Shown here in pieces: positions 41,906 to 50,987 of a stretch of 64,000 nucleotides of DNA; position 1 is the first letter of the stretch; each line of letters begins with the position of its first letter. The position numbers and the translations under genes are program-made. The notes below the pieces were generated by a model. That model made no database searches, was not told where the DNA came from, and was given only the letters and a program-made list of their open reading frames with translations. Source of the stretch: Gloeobacterales cyanobacterium (GTDB lineage: Bacteria > Cyanobacteriota > Cyanobacteriia > Gloeobacterales > PMM-0068); assembly GCA_038245785.1 (NCBI GenBank), contig JBBRSB010000012.1, positions 54,161 to 118,160 on the forward strand, in the 5' to 3' direction.

Positions 41906-43174
41906 TCATCGTTGGGGCACTGATGAAATAGGAGGCGTTTCTTTTGGTGACTCGGCCGCAATCGGAACGCCATCCGATAGCTTGAGAATTCCTGAGACAA
42001 CAATTTTTTCGCCAGGTTTGAGGCCCTGTAGCACTTGATAGCTATTGCCTTGGATATCGCCCAGTTTGATTGGCTTTTGACGGGCTACCAGCTTGGAGGA
42101 TTGCTCCTCAGCAACAAAAACAAAATCTTGTCCAGCTACCCGAGAGATCGCTGCCGTTGGGACTAATACACCAGGACGTCTATTCCAAACCACACTCGCT
42201 TGTACCAGCTGGTCAGCCCGTAAGCGGTCTGCCGTATTCGGAAAGAGGGCCTTAATCAGGATTAATTGCGTCTGGTTGATACTAGGCGCTATGAAAAATA
42301 CTCGGCTATCACCAATAGCCTTACCTTGTGGGTCTAGCAATTTCACCGACATCCCCTGGCGCAATTCAGAAGCTCTTTCCGCAGGAACCGATAGATTCAC
42401 CTCTAAGGGATGGTTTTGGGTAACCGTCGTCAGTTGTGTAGAAGATGTGACGTAATCTCCCACCTTCACAGGAATATCTCCGACCGTACCAGCGAAAGGA
42501 GCCGTAATTCCGTAGTACTGAAGCTGGACTGTTTGCTCTTTTATATTGGCCCGAGCTTGCTGGACAGCTCTTTCAGATTTAGAAATCAAAGCCTTCTGGG
42601 CATTAATCTTGGCATCTTGAGCATAGAGACTTGCCCCAGCTGCATCTAAACTATTGCGGTACTGGTCCAAATTTTGCTGACTAACCGCCCCGTCTCTGCG
42701 AAGTTCGACATAACGATCGTATTGCTGCTGCTGAAACTTCAAATTCGAAAGGTTAGATCGACGGTCAGCCTGTAGAGAAACAAGTGTTGCTCTTGCGCTT
42801 TCTAAGTCTGCTTGATTGGACTCAGAGGCAGCGACCAAACTACTGACTGTTGCCTGCTGCTTCGCTGCGTTCACCTGGATTAAGGGTGTTCCTGCAGCAA
42901 CCTTCGCCCCTGGCCGGACTAAAATTTTGGCTACCTGACCATCGACTTGGGGCTGGAGCGTGACAGATTTCCTGGACTTTAGCGTTGCAATATACTCAGA
43001 GGTGTTATCAATGCTGCCCGATTCAACGGTAGCAATCTTCACCGGAACGGCTTGCGACCCACCCGGTCCACCCATCATGGCTGTCGGACCACTGCGCCCA
43101 CAGGCTACAGTGAACATCAAAATAAAAGTAGTCAAAAATAGTTGGCTTAACGGTGTCTTTACGCTCATGGTCAC
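41906..43174 (-). CDS. RND efflux periplasmic adaptor (MFP)
   Basis: Lipobox-like VAC; PQVDG; coiled coil; APFAGTV; upstream of the RND permease. Confidence 0.95.
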   Translation of the reverse strand: MTMSVKTPLSQLFLTTFILMFTVACGRSGPTAMMGGPGGSQAVPVKIATVESGSIDNTSEYIATLKSRKSVTLQPQVDGQVAKILVRPGAKVAAGTPLIQVNAAKQQATVSSLVAASESNQADLESARATLVSLQADRRSNLSNLKFQQQQYDRYVELRRDGAVSQQNLDQYRNSLDAAGASLYAQDAKINAQKALISKSERAVQQARANIKEQTVQLQYYGITAPFAGTVGDIPVKVGDYVTSSTQLTTVTQNHPLEVNLSVPAERASELRQGMSVKLLDPQGKAIGDSRVFFIAPSINQTQLILIKALFPNTADRLRADQLVQASVVWNRRPGVLVPTAAISRVAGQDFVFVAEEQSSKLVARQKPIKLGDIQGNSYQVLQGLKPGEKIVVSGILKLSDGVPIAAESPKETPPISSVPQR

Positions 43175-43396
43175 AAGCCTCTGGGAGAGAACTATGTAGC
43201 ATGTAGACAGTCAAGAGTGTGCATTAGAGAATCAACAGACTCACCTGCACTATACCCCTCACCGTTCTCCGATTATACCTATCAATTCAATATTGTAAAT
43301 GCCCGTACTATATGCACCCGTAATTTCTCATCATTCCTGAGATATACCTAACCATTCCTCTATGGATAGGGCTTACCCAGTATGGTCTTGGACCCA

Positions 43397-44290
43397 TTAG
43401 GTTAAATCGAGCACTAAGCGGGCAGCCCCGACGGTTCCAGCCTCAGAGCCTAATTGGGCCGTGAGGAGCTGAAAGCCTTCACGGCAGGGAAAGAGTACCC
43501 TTTTCTCCACTTCTTCCAGGGCTTTTGGGAAAAAGTAGGCGCTACTGGCGGCTACCCCACCCCCTATAACTACTGCTTCAGGAGTCAAGGCATAGAGCAA
43601 TGAAGTCAAACCCACGCCTAAGTCTGTACCGATGCGCTCCCACCAAGCAAGCGCTTCAGGGTCTCCCGCCTCTGCTTTTTCACCCAGAACTTTAGGGTCC
43701 ATTCCTGTTCTGCGATGAATAGCGGTTGCGGAAACATATTGCTCCAAGCATCCCCGGCTCCCACAGTTACAGGGATGCCCTTCTTCATTAATGCAAATAT
43801 GACCCAGTTCAGCACCGGCTCCCCGGTGCCCAACGAAGAGGCGACCATTGAGAATGATCGTTCCACCGACTCCCGTGCCCAAGGTCAACACCAAAAGATC
43901 TTGAAATCCTCTGCCAGCGCCTAGCCACGCTTCTCCCAAACCTGCACAGTTCGCATCATTTCCTAAAACCACTGTGCGACCTGTGCGTTTTTCCATCCAT
44001 TCAGCTAGAGGCACTTCATGCCAGTTACTGAGATTAATGGCCGTACGGGCAATTCTAGCTGTCGGGTCTACTACCCCAGGAACGCCAATCCCTACAGGTA
44101 ACGTGCCACCAGGATCTAACTTTTCAGTCGTAAGTATTAACGCTTCTATTACTGCTTCTGGTGTGGCAGGAGAAGGTGTGGGCACTGTTACCTGGGCTTG
44201 GGGTGTGGCTTCTGCTTGATTGGGAGAAACGCTGAACTTACCAGCCTTGATGGCGGTACCCCCCAAATCTATTCCGAGGACTTCGCTCAT
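43397..44290 (-). CDS. ROK family sugar kinase (glucokinase-like)
   Basis: GIDLGGT, NDANCA, TLGTGVGG, ELGH, CNCGSRGCLE; probable ATG at 44290. Confidence 0.93.
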   Translation of the reverse strand: MSEVLGIDLGGTAIKAGKFSVSPNQAEATPQAQVTVPTPSPATPEAVIEALILTTEKLDPGGTLPVGIGVPGVVDPTARIARTAINLSNWHEVPLAEWMEKRTGRTVVLGNDANCAGLGEAWLGAGRGFQDLLVLTLGTGVGGTIILNGRLFVGHRGAGAELGHICINEEGHPCNCGSRGCLEQYVSATAIHRRTGMDPKVLGEKAEAGDPEALAWWERIGTDLGVGLTSLLYALTPEAVVIGGGVAASSAYFFPKALEEVEKRVLFPCREGFQLLTAQLGSEAGTVGAARLVLDLT

Positions 44291-44308
44291 AGCTTCCTTA
44301 GACAAAAA

Positions 44309-44356
44309 TGGCGGAGAGGGTGGGATTCGTAGCTTGCGCCCGAAGGGTACCCACGG
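44309..44356 (-). repeat. Duplicated 3' end of tRNA-Ser with a short insertion in the T-loop
   Basis: TGGCGGAGAGGGTGGGATTCG + 19 nt + ACCCACGG versus tRNA 44388-44417. Confidence 0.9.
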
Positions 44357-44387
44357 TGAGTAGCTTCATAGGACCCTAAATCAAAAG

Positions 44388-44475
44388 TGGCGGAGAGGGT
44401 GGGATTCGAACCCACGGATAGTTTCCCATCAACAGTTTTCAAGACTGTCTCCTTAAACCGCTCGGACACCTCTCC
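44388..44475 (-). tRNA. tRNA-Ser (TGA), CCA encoded
   Basis: GGAGAGGTGTCCGAGCGGTTTAAGGAGACAGTCTTGAAAACTGTTGATGGGAAACTATCCGTGGGTTCGAATCCCACCCTCTCCGCCA; long variable arm. Confidence 0.97.
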
Positions 44476-44569
44476 CCGCTTCAACCCGTAACGCAACGAA
44501 TGCGCTCTTATGAGTGTATCACTCCGCTATTCTGCCTATAACTTCTCCCTTCAAGATCCCTTTATTAAT

Positions 44570-45981
44570 ACTCGCGAAAGACCCTATCCGCATTCCTTCG
44601 ACAAGCCCCTCGATGTGGCTCGGGGACCGCTCAGGAACCATGCGGTAGGGATGGACCGAGTCCTGGTAGGATAGCGCGGGGCGTTAGCCTCAATACTAGA
44701 ATATTTTAGGGAAACAAGAATCTTATGATTAAGCGATGATTGTCCTAGAATTCAAGCTCAAAGGCCGTTCTGAGCAGTTTCAAATCATTGACGAAATGAT
44801 TAAAACTGCTCAATTCGTCCGCAACAAGGCTTTGCGATTCTGGATGGATAATCATGGAGTCAAGCCCTACGACCTCAACAAATACTGCAAAGTCTTGGCC
44901 GATAACCCTGAGTTCCCTTGGGCCAAAATGCTCAATTCCTAAGCTCGCCAGGCCAGTGCAGAACGTGCAGCCTTCGCCATCCAACGATTCTTCGCGAATT
45001 GCAAAGCTAAGAAATCAGGAAAGAAAGGCTACCCCAAGTTTCAAAAGAATAACCGCTCGGTGGAATACAAAACCACGGGCTGGAAACTCTCTAAAGATAG
45101 GCGCTTCCTGACGCTCATAGATACCTTCGATGCTGGCAAGTTTAAGCTCATTGGCAGTCGTGACCTGAACTTTTACCAAGTGGCTGAGATTAAACGTCTA
45201 AGAGTGGTCCGTCGTGCTGATGGTTACTACGTCCAGTTCTGTGTAGCGGCAGAGCGCACTGTAGAGCTAACACCCACAGGTAAGATGCTGGGTATAGATA
45301 TGGGATTGGAGTCTTTCTATACCGATTCACAAGGTGAGAAGGTAGAGAATCCACGCTTTCTCAAGAGAGCCGAACAAAGTTTAAAACGATTACAGCGGAG
45401 GGTATCGAAGAAACAGAAAGGCTCTAAGAATCGAATCAAGGCGATTAAACGTTTAGCCCGGAAGCACTTGAAAGTATCTAGACAGCGTAAAGACCATGCG
45501 GTTAAGGCTGCACGGGCGCTAATCCTATCTAGCGATGTGGTGGTCTACGAGAAACTGCAAGTGCGTAACATGGTCAGGAATCACTGCTTGGCCAAATCAA
45601 TTAGTGATGTTAGTTGGAGCATATTCACCGGATGGGTGGACTATTTAGGGAAAGTATTTGGCAGAATCACGATAGCGGTGGACCCTGCTTATACTTCTCA
45701 GGAATGTCCTAAGTGTCATGCATTAGTGAAGAAGTCGCTCTCTACCCGTACCCATGTTTGTAGATGTGGATGCGTGATGGATAGAGATGAGGCTGCAGCG
45801 CTTAATATTCTGCAAAAAGGAATCCATTCCCCCTTGTGGGGATTGAAAACGTACCCAGGGGCACTGGGGAACGCAACGCTTATGGAGAGTTTAGCCGCTA
45901 CTGGATTAAGTGCAAGCTTAAGTCAACAAGCTATCTCGTAGAAGTAAGAATCCCCATCCGCCTTGCGGTGGGGAGTGTCAA
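44570..45981 (+). mobile_element. IS200/IS605 family element (tnpB only, IS1341-like)
   Basis: Related subterminal hairpins CCCTATCCGC..GCGGTAGGG (44582-44650) and CCCCATCCGC-CTT-GCGGTGGGG (45952-45973); right end TCAA at 45978-45981; left boundary approximate. Confidence 0.85.
44736..45941 (+). pseudogene. tnpB: RNA-guided endonuclease TnpB with one in-frame stop
   Basis: Single frame with TAA at 44940-44942 (LNS*ARQASAERA); RuvC motifs GIDMG, VYEKL and DRD; CPKC..CRC zinc finger. Confidence 0.9.
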
Positions 45982-46001
45982 TCTGGACTAATCTGTAAGG
46001 T

Positions 46002-46436
46002 ATGAACCAAGTACAAAACACTATTCATTCCCAGGATGTATTGCATATCCGCACGACGGGAAAATCCCTCCACAACATCACGGCGACCGTAGAAGCGTTT
46101 GTGGCGCAATCTGGAATACGCACGGGACTATGCACTTTATTTGTCTGTCATTCTTCAGCCAGTTTAGTGATTCAGGAGAATGCTGATCCCAGAGTGCTCA
46201 AAGATTTAGAGTCTTTTTTGTCAGACTTAGTCCCTGAAGACCGACCCTATATCCATAACGATGAAGGCTCGGATGATATGCCTGCCCATATTCGTACCGC
46301 CCTCACCCACACTTCTGAAAATATCCCCATTCGCAATGGACGCTTGGTTCTGGGCGTTTGGCAGGGAATTTATCTCTGGGAACATCGGGCACAAGGACGT
46401 TCCCGCGAGGTGGTAGTCCATATCTCTGGAGCCTGA
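46002..46436 (+). CDS. yjbQ: YjbQ/UPF0047 family protein
   Basis: HSSASL, ENADP, H..EG.DDMPAH, LGVWQGIYLWEHR. Confidence 0.93.
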   Translation: MNQVQNTIHSQDVLHIRTTGKSLHNITATVEAFVAQSGIRTGLCTLFVCHSSASLVIQENADPRVLKDLESFLSDLVPEDRPYIHNDEGSDDMPAHIRTALTHTSENIPIRNGRLVLGVWQGIYLWEHRAQGRSREVVVHISGA

Positions 46437-46474
46437 GCGGATTAAGATAGAGTGCTACGACATTTGAGCGAGCC

Positions 46475-47833
46475 GTGCTTTCGTCCACTCGGTCCACTAT
46501 TAAGCCTGCCACAGTAACACGGGTACTTCCGGAGTCTATCGCCGAAGAATTGGGATTTGAGCCGGGAGATCGTTTAATTTCGATCAATGGCACGGCTCCC
46601 CGTGATTTGATTGATTACCAATTTCTCTGTGCCGATGATGTTTTGACCTTAGAGGTAGAAGACGCTGAGGGTGCCCGTCATCAGGTGGAACTAGAGAAAG
46701 AGTATGACGAAGATCTAGGCCTGGAATTCGATTCAGCACTTTTTGATGGTCTAATCCAATGTAACAACGGCTGTTCTTTTTGCTTCATTGACCAGCAACC
46801 AGAAGGATTGAGAGGAACGCTTTATCTCAAAGATGATGACTATCGCTTGAGTTTCCTTTATGGTTCCTATCTGACCCTGACCAATCTCCCACCCCAAGAA
46901 TTCGAACGTATTGCTCAGATGCGCTTGTCTCCGCTCTATGTATCTGTCCATGCGACAGAGCCAGACCTGAGAGCCAAACTGTTAAAAAATCCACGGGGAC
47001 GGCTGTTACTGGAACAGTTGGCCTGGTTTAAGAAGCATGGTTTAGAGATCCATGCTCAGATTGTGCTTTGCCCTGGATTGAATGATGGCGAACAATTAGA
47101 CCGAACGCTGACAGATTTAGCTTCGTTCTATCCAACCGTACGCTCGGCTGCCGTGGTCCCGATTGGTCTTACGCAATATCGTCCCGCCGATGATGATATG
47201 GTCTCTGTGACCCGCGCCAAAGCGGAAGAAATCATTGAGCAAGTGCTTCCGTACCAAAAACGCTATAAAAAACAGCTCGGTACTTCTTTCTCCTGGCTTT
47301 CGGATGAATGGTTTTTGTTGGCAGGTCGTCCTTTGCCTCCAAAGAAACACTACGAAGACTTTCCCCAATTAGGCAATGGCGTTGGTTCTCTACGTAAGTT
47401 TGTACACGAGTTCCAAACTGCCAGCGCTGCTCTACCAAAATTGATTTCTGAAAAACGTCGCTACACCTGGGTGGTCGGCAGTGCAGTCAAAGAAGCTTTT
47501 GCACCGATTGCAGAACGATTTAATCAAGTCGAAGGATTAACCGTTTCTCTCACAGCCATTCCCAGCTTATTCTGGGGCCAACAAGTGAGTGTCACTGGTC
47601 TTTTGACAGGTCAAGATATTCTTCAAGGACTCGCAGGCCGTGACTTAGGAGATGCCCTTTTATTGCCAGCGCTAACCCTAAAAGATGGCAGAGAATTTCT
47701 TGATAGCGTAACTGTAGATTTTCTGGCTCAAAGTTTAGGAATTCCTGTTCTCGTAGTTCCTTCTTCCGCTCAGGCACTAGTCGAAAGCGTTAATATGCCC
47801 TTGCCAGTTAGAGTAGAAGTCTCTTATTTGTAG
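46475..47833 (+). CDS. PDZ/DUF512 Fe-S radical SAM-like protein (TIGR03279 family)
   Basis: N-terminal PDZ-like domain, CNNGCSFCFIDQ, KDDDYRLSFL, NGVG. Confidence 0.92.
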   Translation: MLSSTRSTIKPATVTRVLPESIAEELGFEPGDRLISINGTAPRDLIDYQFLCADDVLTLEVEDAEGARHQVELEKEYDEDLGLEFDSALFDGLIQCNNGCSFCFIDQQPEGLRGTLYLKDDDYRLSFLYGSYLTLTNLPPQEFERIAQMRLSPLYVSVHATEPDLRAKLLKNPRGRLLLEQLAWFKKHGLEIHAQIVLCPGLNDGEQLDRTLTDLASFYPTVRSAAVVPIGLTQYRPADDDMVSVTRAKAEEIIEQVLPYQKRYKKQLGTSFSWLSDEWFLLAGRPLPPKKHYEDFPQLGNGVGSLRKFVHEFQTASAALPKLISEKRRYTWVVGSAVKEAFAPIAERFNQVEGLTVSLTAIPSLFWGQQVSVTGLLTGQDILQGLAGRDLGDALLLPALTLKDGREFLDSVTVDFLAQSLGIPVLVVPSSAQALVESVNMPLPVRVEVSYL

Positions 47834-47944
47834 TCTCAACGATACCAAAAATGCTCAAGTAAAAATGAGTCATCAACCTTTCAATAGTTCACGTGAAAAA
47901 TTGTGGTAGTGCGTGAAACTGCTCATGATAAAAACTACTATCTT

Positions 47945-48004
47945 ATCTAATATTGAAAATCGGCGGCTCCGCTAATGCGGAGCCGCTAGATTGACTTGTT
48001 ATAC
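47945..48004 (-). other. Degenerate integron attC site
   Basis: GTATAAC-AAGTC-AATCTAGC-GGCTCCGC ATTA GCGGAGCC-GCCGATT-TTCAAT-ATTAGAT: canonical box spacing, R' core G changed to A; 1 bp after the stop of the 48006 gene. Confidence 0.75.
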
Positions 48005-48005
48005 A

Positions 48006-49061
48006 TCAGTTTATCCAGATAGATAAATTCGCAAACTCGCCGACCATGCGCTTGATATTGGCATGACCAATCGCAATCCCAACGCTGGTAAGTGTGAAGT
48101 TCTTCATCGCAGATTCTGACCATGTTGCAAAGAGGCCAGACATGTAGGGTCTAATTTCGACGCACTTATCTTTGATTTCTATGTCACTCATTTTCCCAAC
48201 ATCAAACAGGGCAATGATTTTGGCACGATCCTCAGTTGAAATGGCATGTTCCTCAAATGCCTTGTCTAATAGTTCTTTGCTATTGGCGCAGACCTGAAAT
48301 TTGGATGGGTCATTAAGGCACGGAATGAAGAATCTCGGATCGCTTCCTATAGAGACCCCCATCTCCGTAATGTCTTTTTCCTCAAACCCCTTTAAGAACT
48401 GTCCCTGATAGGTTGTGCCCAATAGGGACTCAAGGCTTCTTTCTCCAAGCCCAATTGCTCCACTACCGGAAAACTCAAGATGTTGATAGCAGGCTATATT
48501 CTTTACGACTTTTGAAGTAAACGGAGCGACATAATTGTCAAGGTAATCGGCAAGCATCTGATGATTGCCAACATCGAAATTCTGAGTGTACTTGAACAGA
48601 AATATCAAAGCCAAGACAGCAAGCTGACTGTCAGTTAACTTGGGTGCTGTGTTTAGAGACTCGTTGAGGACAATTTGTAAAATGTCGCGCTGTTCTTGCT
48701 TGCTTCTATCAACCAAAAGATCAACAAGAATGTCTCCAAGTTCCTTATCGCCATTTCTGGCGTGTTCTTTTTGGACTGTAAAGAGCGCATACTGAAAATC
48801 TGGATCGTCCGATTTCTCAAACCCCAATGGGTTTTCTTGCTGAAGCTTGGACAGGAATTTCTCTGTGATTTCCTCAGCTCTGGCTTTGGCTGTTTCTTTT
48901 GCAACTCCCGCAAGTTCATAAAAGTTCGCTTTAAAGACATCAAGGGCAACATCTCGAACTTCAGCGTAAGTTAATCCATTCTTTGTGATTGTGATATTGC
49001 CAGCTACCTGGATTGCAGTGCTGCCCTCGGCGACGTTTTGTTTTTGGTCTTTATTTAGCAT
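48006..49061 (-). CDS. LPO_1073/Vpar_1526-like hypothetical protein (cassette gene)
   Basis: AIQVAGNI, VRDVALDVFKANF, DPDFQY, LTSVGIAIGHAN; family recognised from memory; ATG at 49061. Confidence 0.7.
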   Translation of the reverse strand: MLNKDQKQNVAEGSTAIQVAGNITITKNGLTYAEVRDVALDVFKANFYELAGVAKETAKARAEEITEKFLSKLQQENPLGFEKSDDPDFQYALFTVQKEHARNGDKELGDILVDLLVDRSKQEQRDILQIVLNESLNTAPKLTDSQLAVLALIFLFKYTQNFDVGNHQMLADYLDNYVAPFTSKVVKNIACYQHLEFSGSGAIGLGERSLESLLGTTYQGQFLKGFEEKDITEMGVSIGSDPRFFIPCLNDPSKFQVCANSKELLDKAFEEHAISTEDRAKIIALFDVGKMSDIEIKDKCVEIRPYMSGLFATWSESAMKNFTLTSVGIAIGHANIKRMVGEFANLSIWIN

Positions 49062-49302
49062 TTTTGTCACCGCTAATGTCTCCGATACTCACGTCTCCGC
49101 CAGCCTGTACGCCTATGGAAGATTTTGAAACGGACTGGTACTGTTGCGCTCGCCGTGCACTGCGTTTCTCAACGACAAACAATGACACTAACACCGAAAT
49201 TGAGCTTAAAACCGCAAGGGCTGGCTCGAAACCTGGGTCCGAAACGACCCAAGCAATTGAACCTATCAAGGCGATAACAGCGAAGAACTTTATGTAGGAC
49301 AT
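49051..49302 (-). CDS. Small two-TM hypothetical protein (cassette gene)
   Basis: AGGAGG RBS preceded by GTTAGGC (49324-49318); overlaps the start of the next gene. Confidence 0.75.
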   Translation of the reverse strand: MSYIKFFAVIALIGSIAWVVSDPGFEPALAVLSSISVLVSLFVVEKRSARRAQQYQSVSKSSIGVQAGGDVSIGDISGDKNAK

Positions 49303-49490
49303 ACCCTACCTCCTGATGCCTAACTCTTATTAGCAAGAGAAAATCTGCTTAATCACCTGTACAGCATACTAGACAGATAAGCTCTCCGTATTGTTTACAG
49401 GAGGCGATTTCGCTATGAGAAGACAAGCAATGGCTGATAAACCTTTGCTACACCGAGGAGGGTGACCTAACGTTACACGTATAATTGACT

Positions 49491-49649
49491 CAAACTACAG
49501 AACTTGATGCTCTCATCACTAAAACTCGCATTAGGATTGAAAAATTCCAAGAATATCGACGATTCTCCAAGGGAAAGGCTGCACCAGCGTTCATCACTGA
49601 AGCCGTCGCAGGCAAAATGGATATTAACAACTTAGAACAGGAGACGTGA
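49491..49649 (+). pseudogene. 3' remnant of a type I R-M specificity subunit (HsdS) with a 24-nt insertion
   Basis: QTTELDALITKTRIRIEKFQEYRR[FSKGKAAP]AFITEAVAGKMDI resembles the HsdS C-terminal IDALI..EYR.ALI..AVTGKID motif. Confidence 0.7.
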
Positions 49650-49652
49650 ACA

Positions 49653-49895
49653 ATGGCACAACTAATCCTCAGCGACATCGATCCCACTATTTTAGAACAG
49701 CTAAAAGTCCGCGCCGTCAATCATCAACGTTCCATAGAAGAAGAATTGAAGGCGATCTTGCAAGAGGTAATTGAAACTGAGCAGATTGCTAAAATGAACG
49801 CTTTTAGAGAACAGGCCGCACAGATGCGACAAGCCTTATCTGGTCGGGTTCATACCGATAGTGCAGCACTGGTGCGAGAGGATCGCGACCGATGA
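49653..49895 (+). CDS. FitA-like ribbon-helix-helix antitoxin
   Basis: MAQLIL.DID..LKVRA..HQRSIEEE; DSAALVREDRDR tail; overlaps the PIN gene. Confidence 0.88.
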   Translation: MAQLILSDIDPTILEQLKVRAVNHQRSIEEELKAILQEVIETEQIAKMNAFREQAAQMRQALSGRVHTDSAALVREDRDR

Positions 49896-50326
49896 TGCAT
49901 TATGTTGTTGACGTTTGCGTTGCCGTAAAGTGGTTTGTGCCAGAAATATTGAGCCAGGAAGCAGCAAGATTGCTCAGCGGCAGCTATAGTTTGCTAGCAC
50001 CCGATTATCTACTAGCAGAGGCAGGTAATGTCTTTTGGAAGAAAATTCGTTTCAATGAAATCAGCCTACACGAAGGGCAGCAAGCTTTAACTGCAATCCA
50101 AAATTCGCCGATGCAATTAGTAGACTCAAAACCCTTGCTTCGGGGTGCTTTTGACTTAGCGAATCAGTCAGGTCGAAGTATTTATGATTGTTTCTATTTA
50201 GCATTAGCAATTCGCGAGAACTGTCAGATGGTAACCTCTGATGAAAAGTTTTTTAATGCCATGAGAAATACAGCTTGGGCTACATCACTTTGCTGGGTAG
50301 AAGATTTACTAGAGGAAACCCCATGA
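49892..50326 (+). CDS. PIN domain VapC toxin
   Basis: VVDVCVAVKWF, E, IYDCFYLALA, TSD acidic residues intact. Confidence 0.9.
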   Translation: MMHYVVDVCVAVKWFVPEILSQEAARLLSGSYSLLAPDYLLAEAGNVFWKKIRFNEISLHEGQQALTAIQNSPMQLVDSKPLLRGAFDLANQSGRSIYDCFYLALAIRENCQMVTSDEKFFNAMRNTAWATSLCWVEDLLEETP

Positions 50327-50556
50327 ATATCATTAAACCCTCAAAAGATAACGAACATCAGTTTGTCGATCTGCCCCAAAACTATCAGATTGAGGGGGAA
50401 GAAGCCTATATCAAAAAAGTCGGTAATGTCATCCTCCTGATTCCCAAAGACAACCCCTGGCAAATCCTATTCAGCAGTCTAGAATTACTCTCCGATGATT
50501 TTATGGAACAGCGAGAACAGCCATCCCAGCCAGAACGGGAGGCATTGTTTGAATGA
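50323..50556 (+). CDS. VapB-like (AbrB/MazE) antitoxin; downstream toxin reduced to a short stub
   Basis: LP..YQIEGEEAYIKKVGNVILLIP...DDFMEQREQP; overlapping ATG 50553 gives only MRFLL before diverging from a PIN start. Confidence 0.8.
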   Translation: MNIIKPSKDNEHQFVDLPQNYQIEGEEAYIKKVGNVILLIPKDNPWQILFSSLELLSDDFMEQREQPSQPEREALFE

Positions 50557-50688
50557 GGTTTCTGCTGGGCTATATAGCGAGAGGAAGTGCGGTGAAAGGT
50601 GATTAATAATTTGGGGAATAAGGTAATAAAAGTCTTTAGTATCAGCTAATGTGAACCAGAGAGAGTGCATCGATTACTGGAGGAAATA

Positions 50689-50931
50689 ATGCGTAAAGAA
50701 ACGATTCAATACACGTCGCCACTAGATGCACTAATCGCAGTTGCAAAGCGGTTGAGTGTTTACGAAAGTAAGCAACGGATAGACTCAGAGGAGTTTTTTG
50801 ACCAATATAGTCGGGGACAGCTCTCAGATGATGTCGTATTCGTCGAATGGGCCAATGATTACAACCATTATCTCGCTCTACGCCGAGACCTAGAGAAAAA
50901 GTTGCAAGTCATGAGTTCGCTCGATAGTTAG
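50689..50931 (+). CDS. TumA-like antitoxin, copy 1 (orphan)
   Basis: 68/73 aa identical to the 53555 copy; no toxin downstream; family name from memory. Confidence 0.7.
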   Translation: MRKETIQYTSPLDALIAVAKRLSVYESKQRIDSEEFFDQYSRGQLSDDVVFVEWANDYNHYLALRRDLEKKLQVMSSLDS

Positions 50932-50987
50932 CCTTAATGGGTGAGGTCAATGTTAGGAAGTAGAAAGCTTTAGGTTTATTGATTTGT

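Noticed and set aside
44309..44417. Mini CRISPR array (repeat, 31-bp spacer, repeat)
   Set aside because: The repeat is the tRNA-Ser 3' end, there are only two copies, and no cas genes are in the window
25926..44496. ORFs 25926..26180 and 44287..44496
   Set aside because: They run across tRNA genes and have no protein motifs
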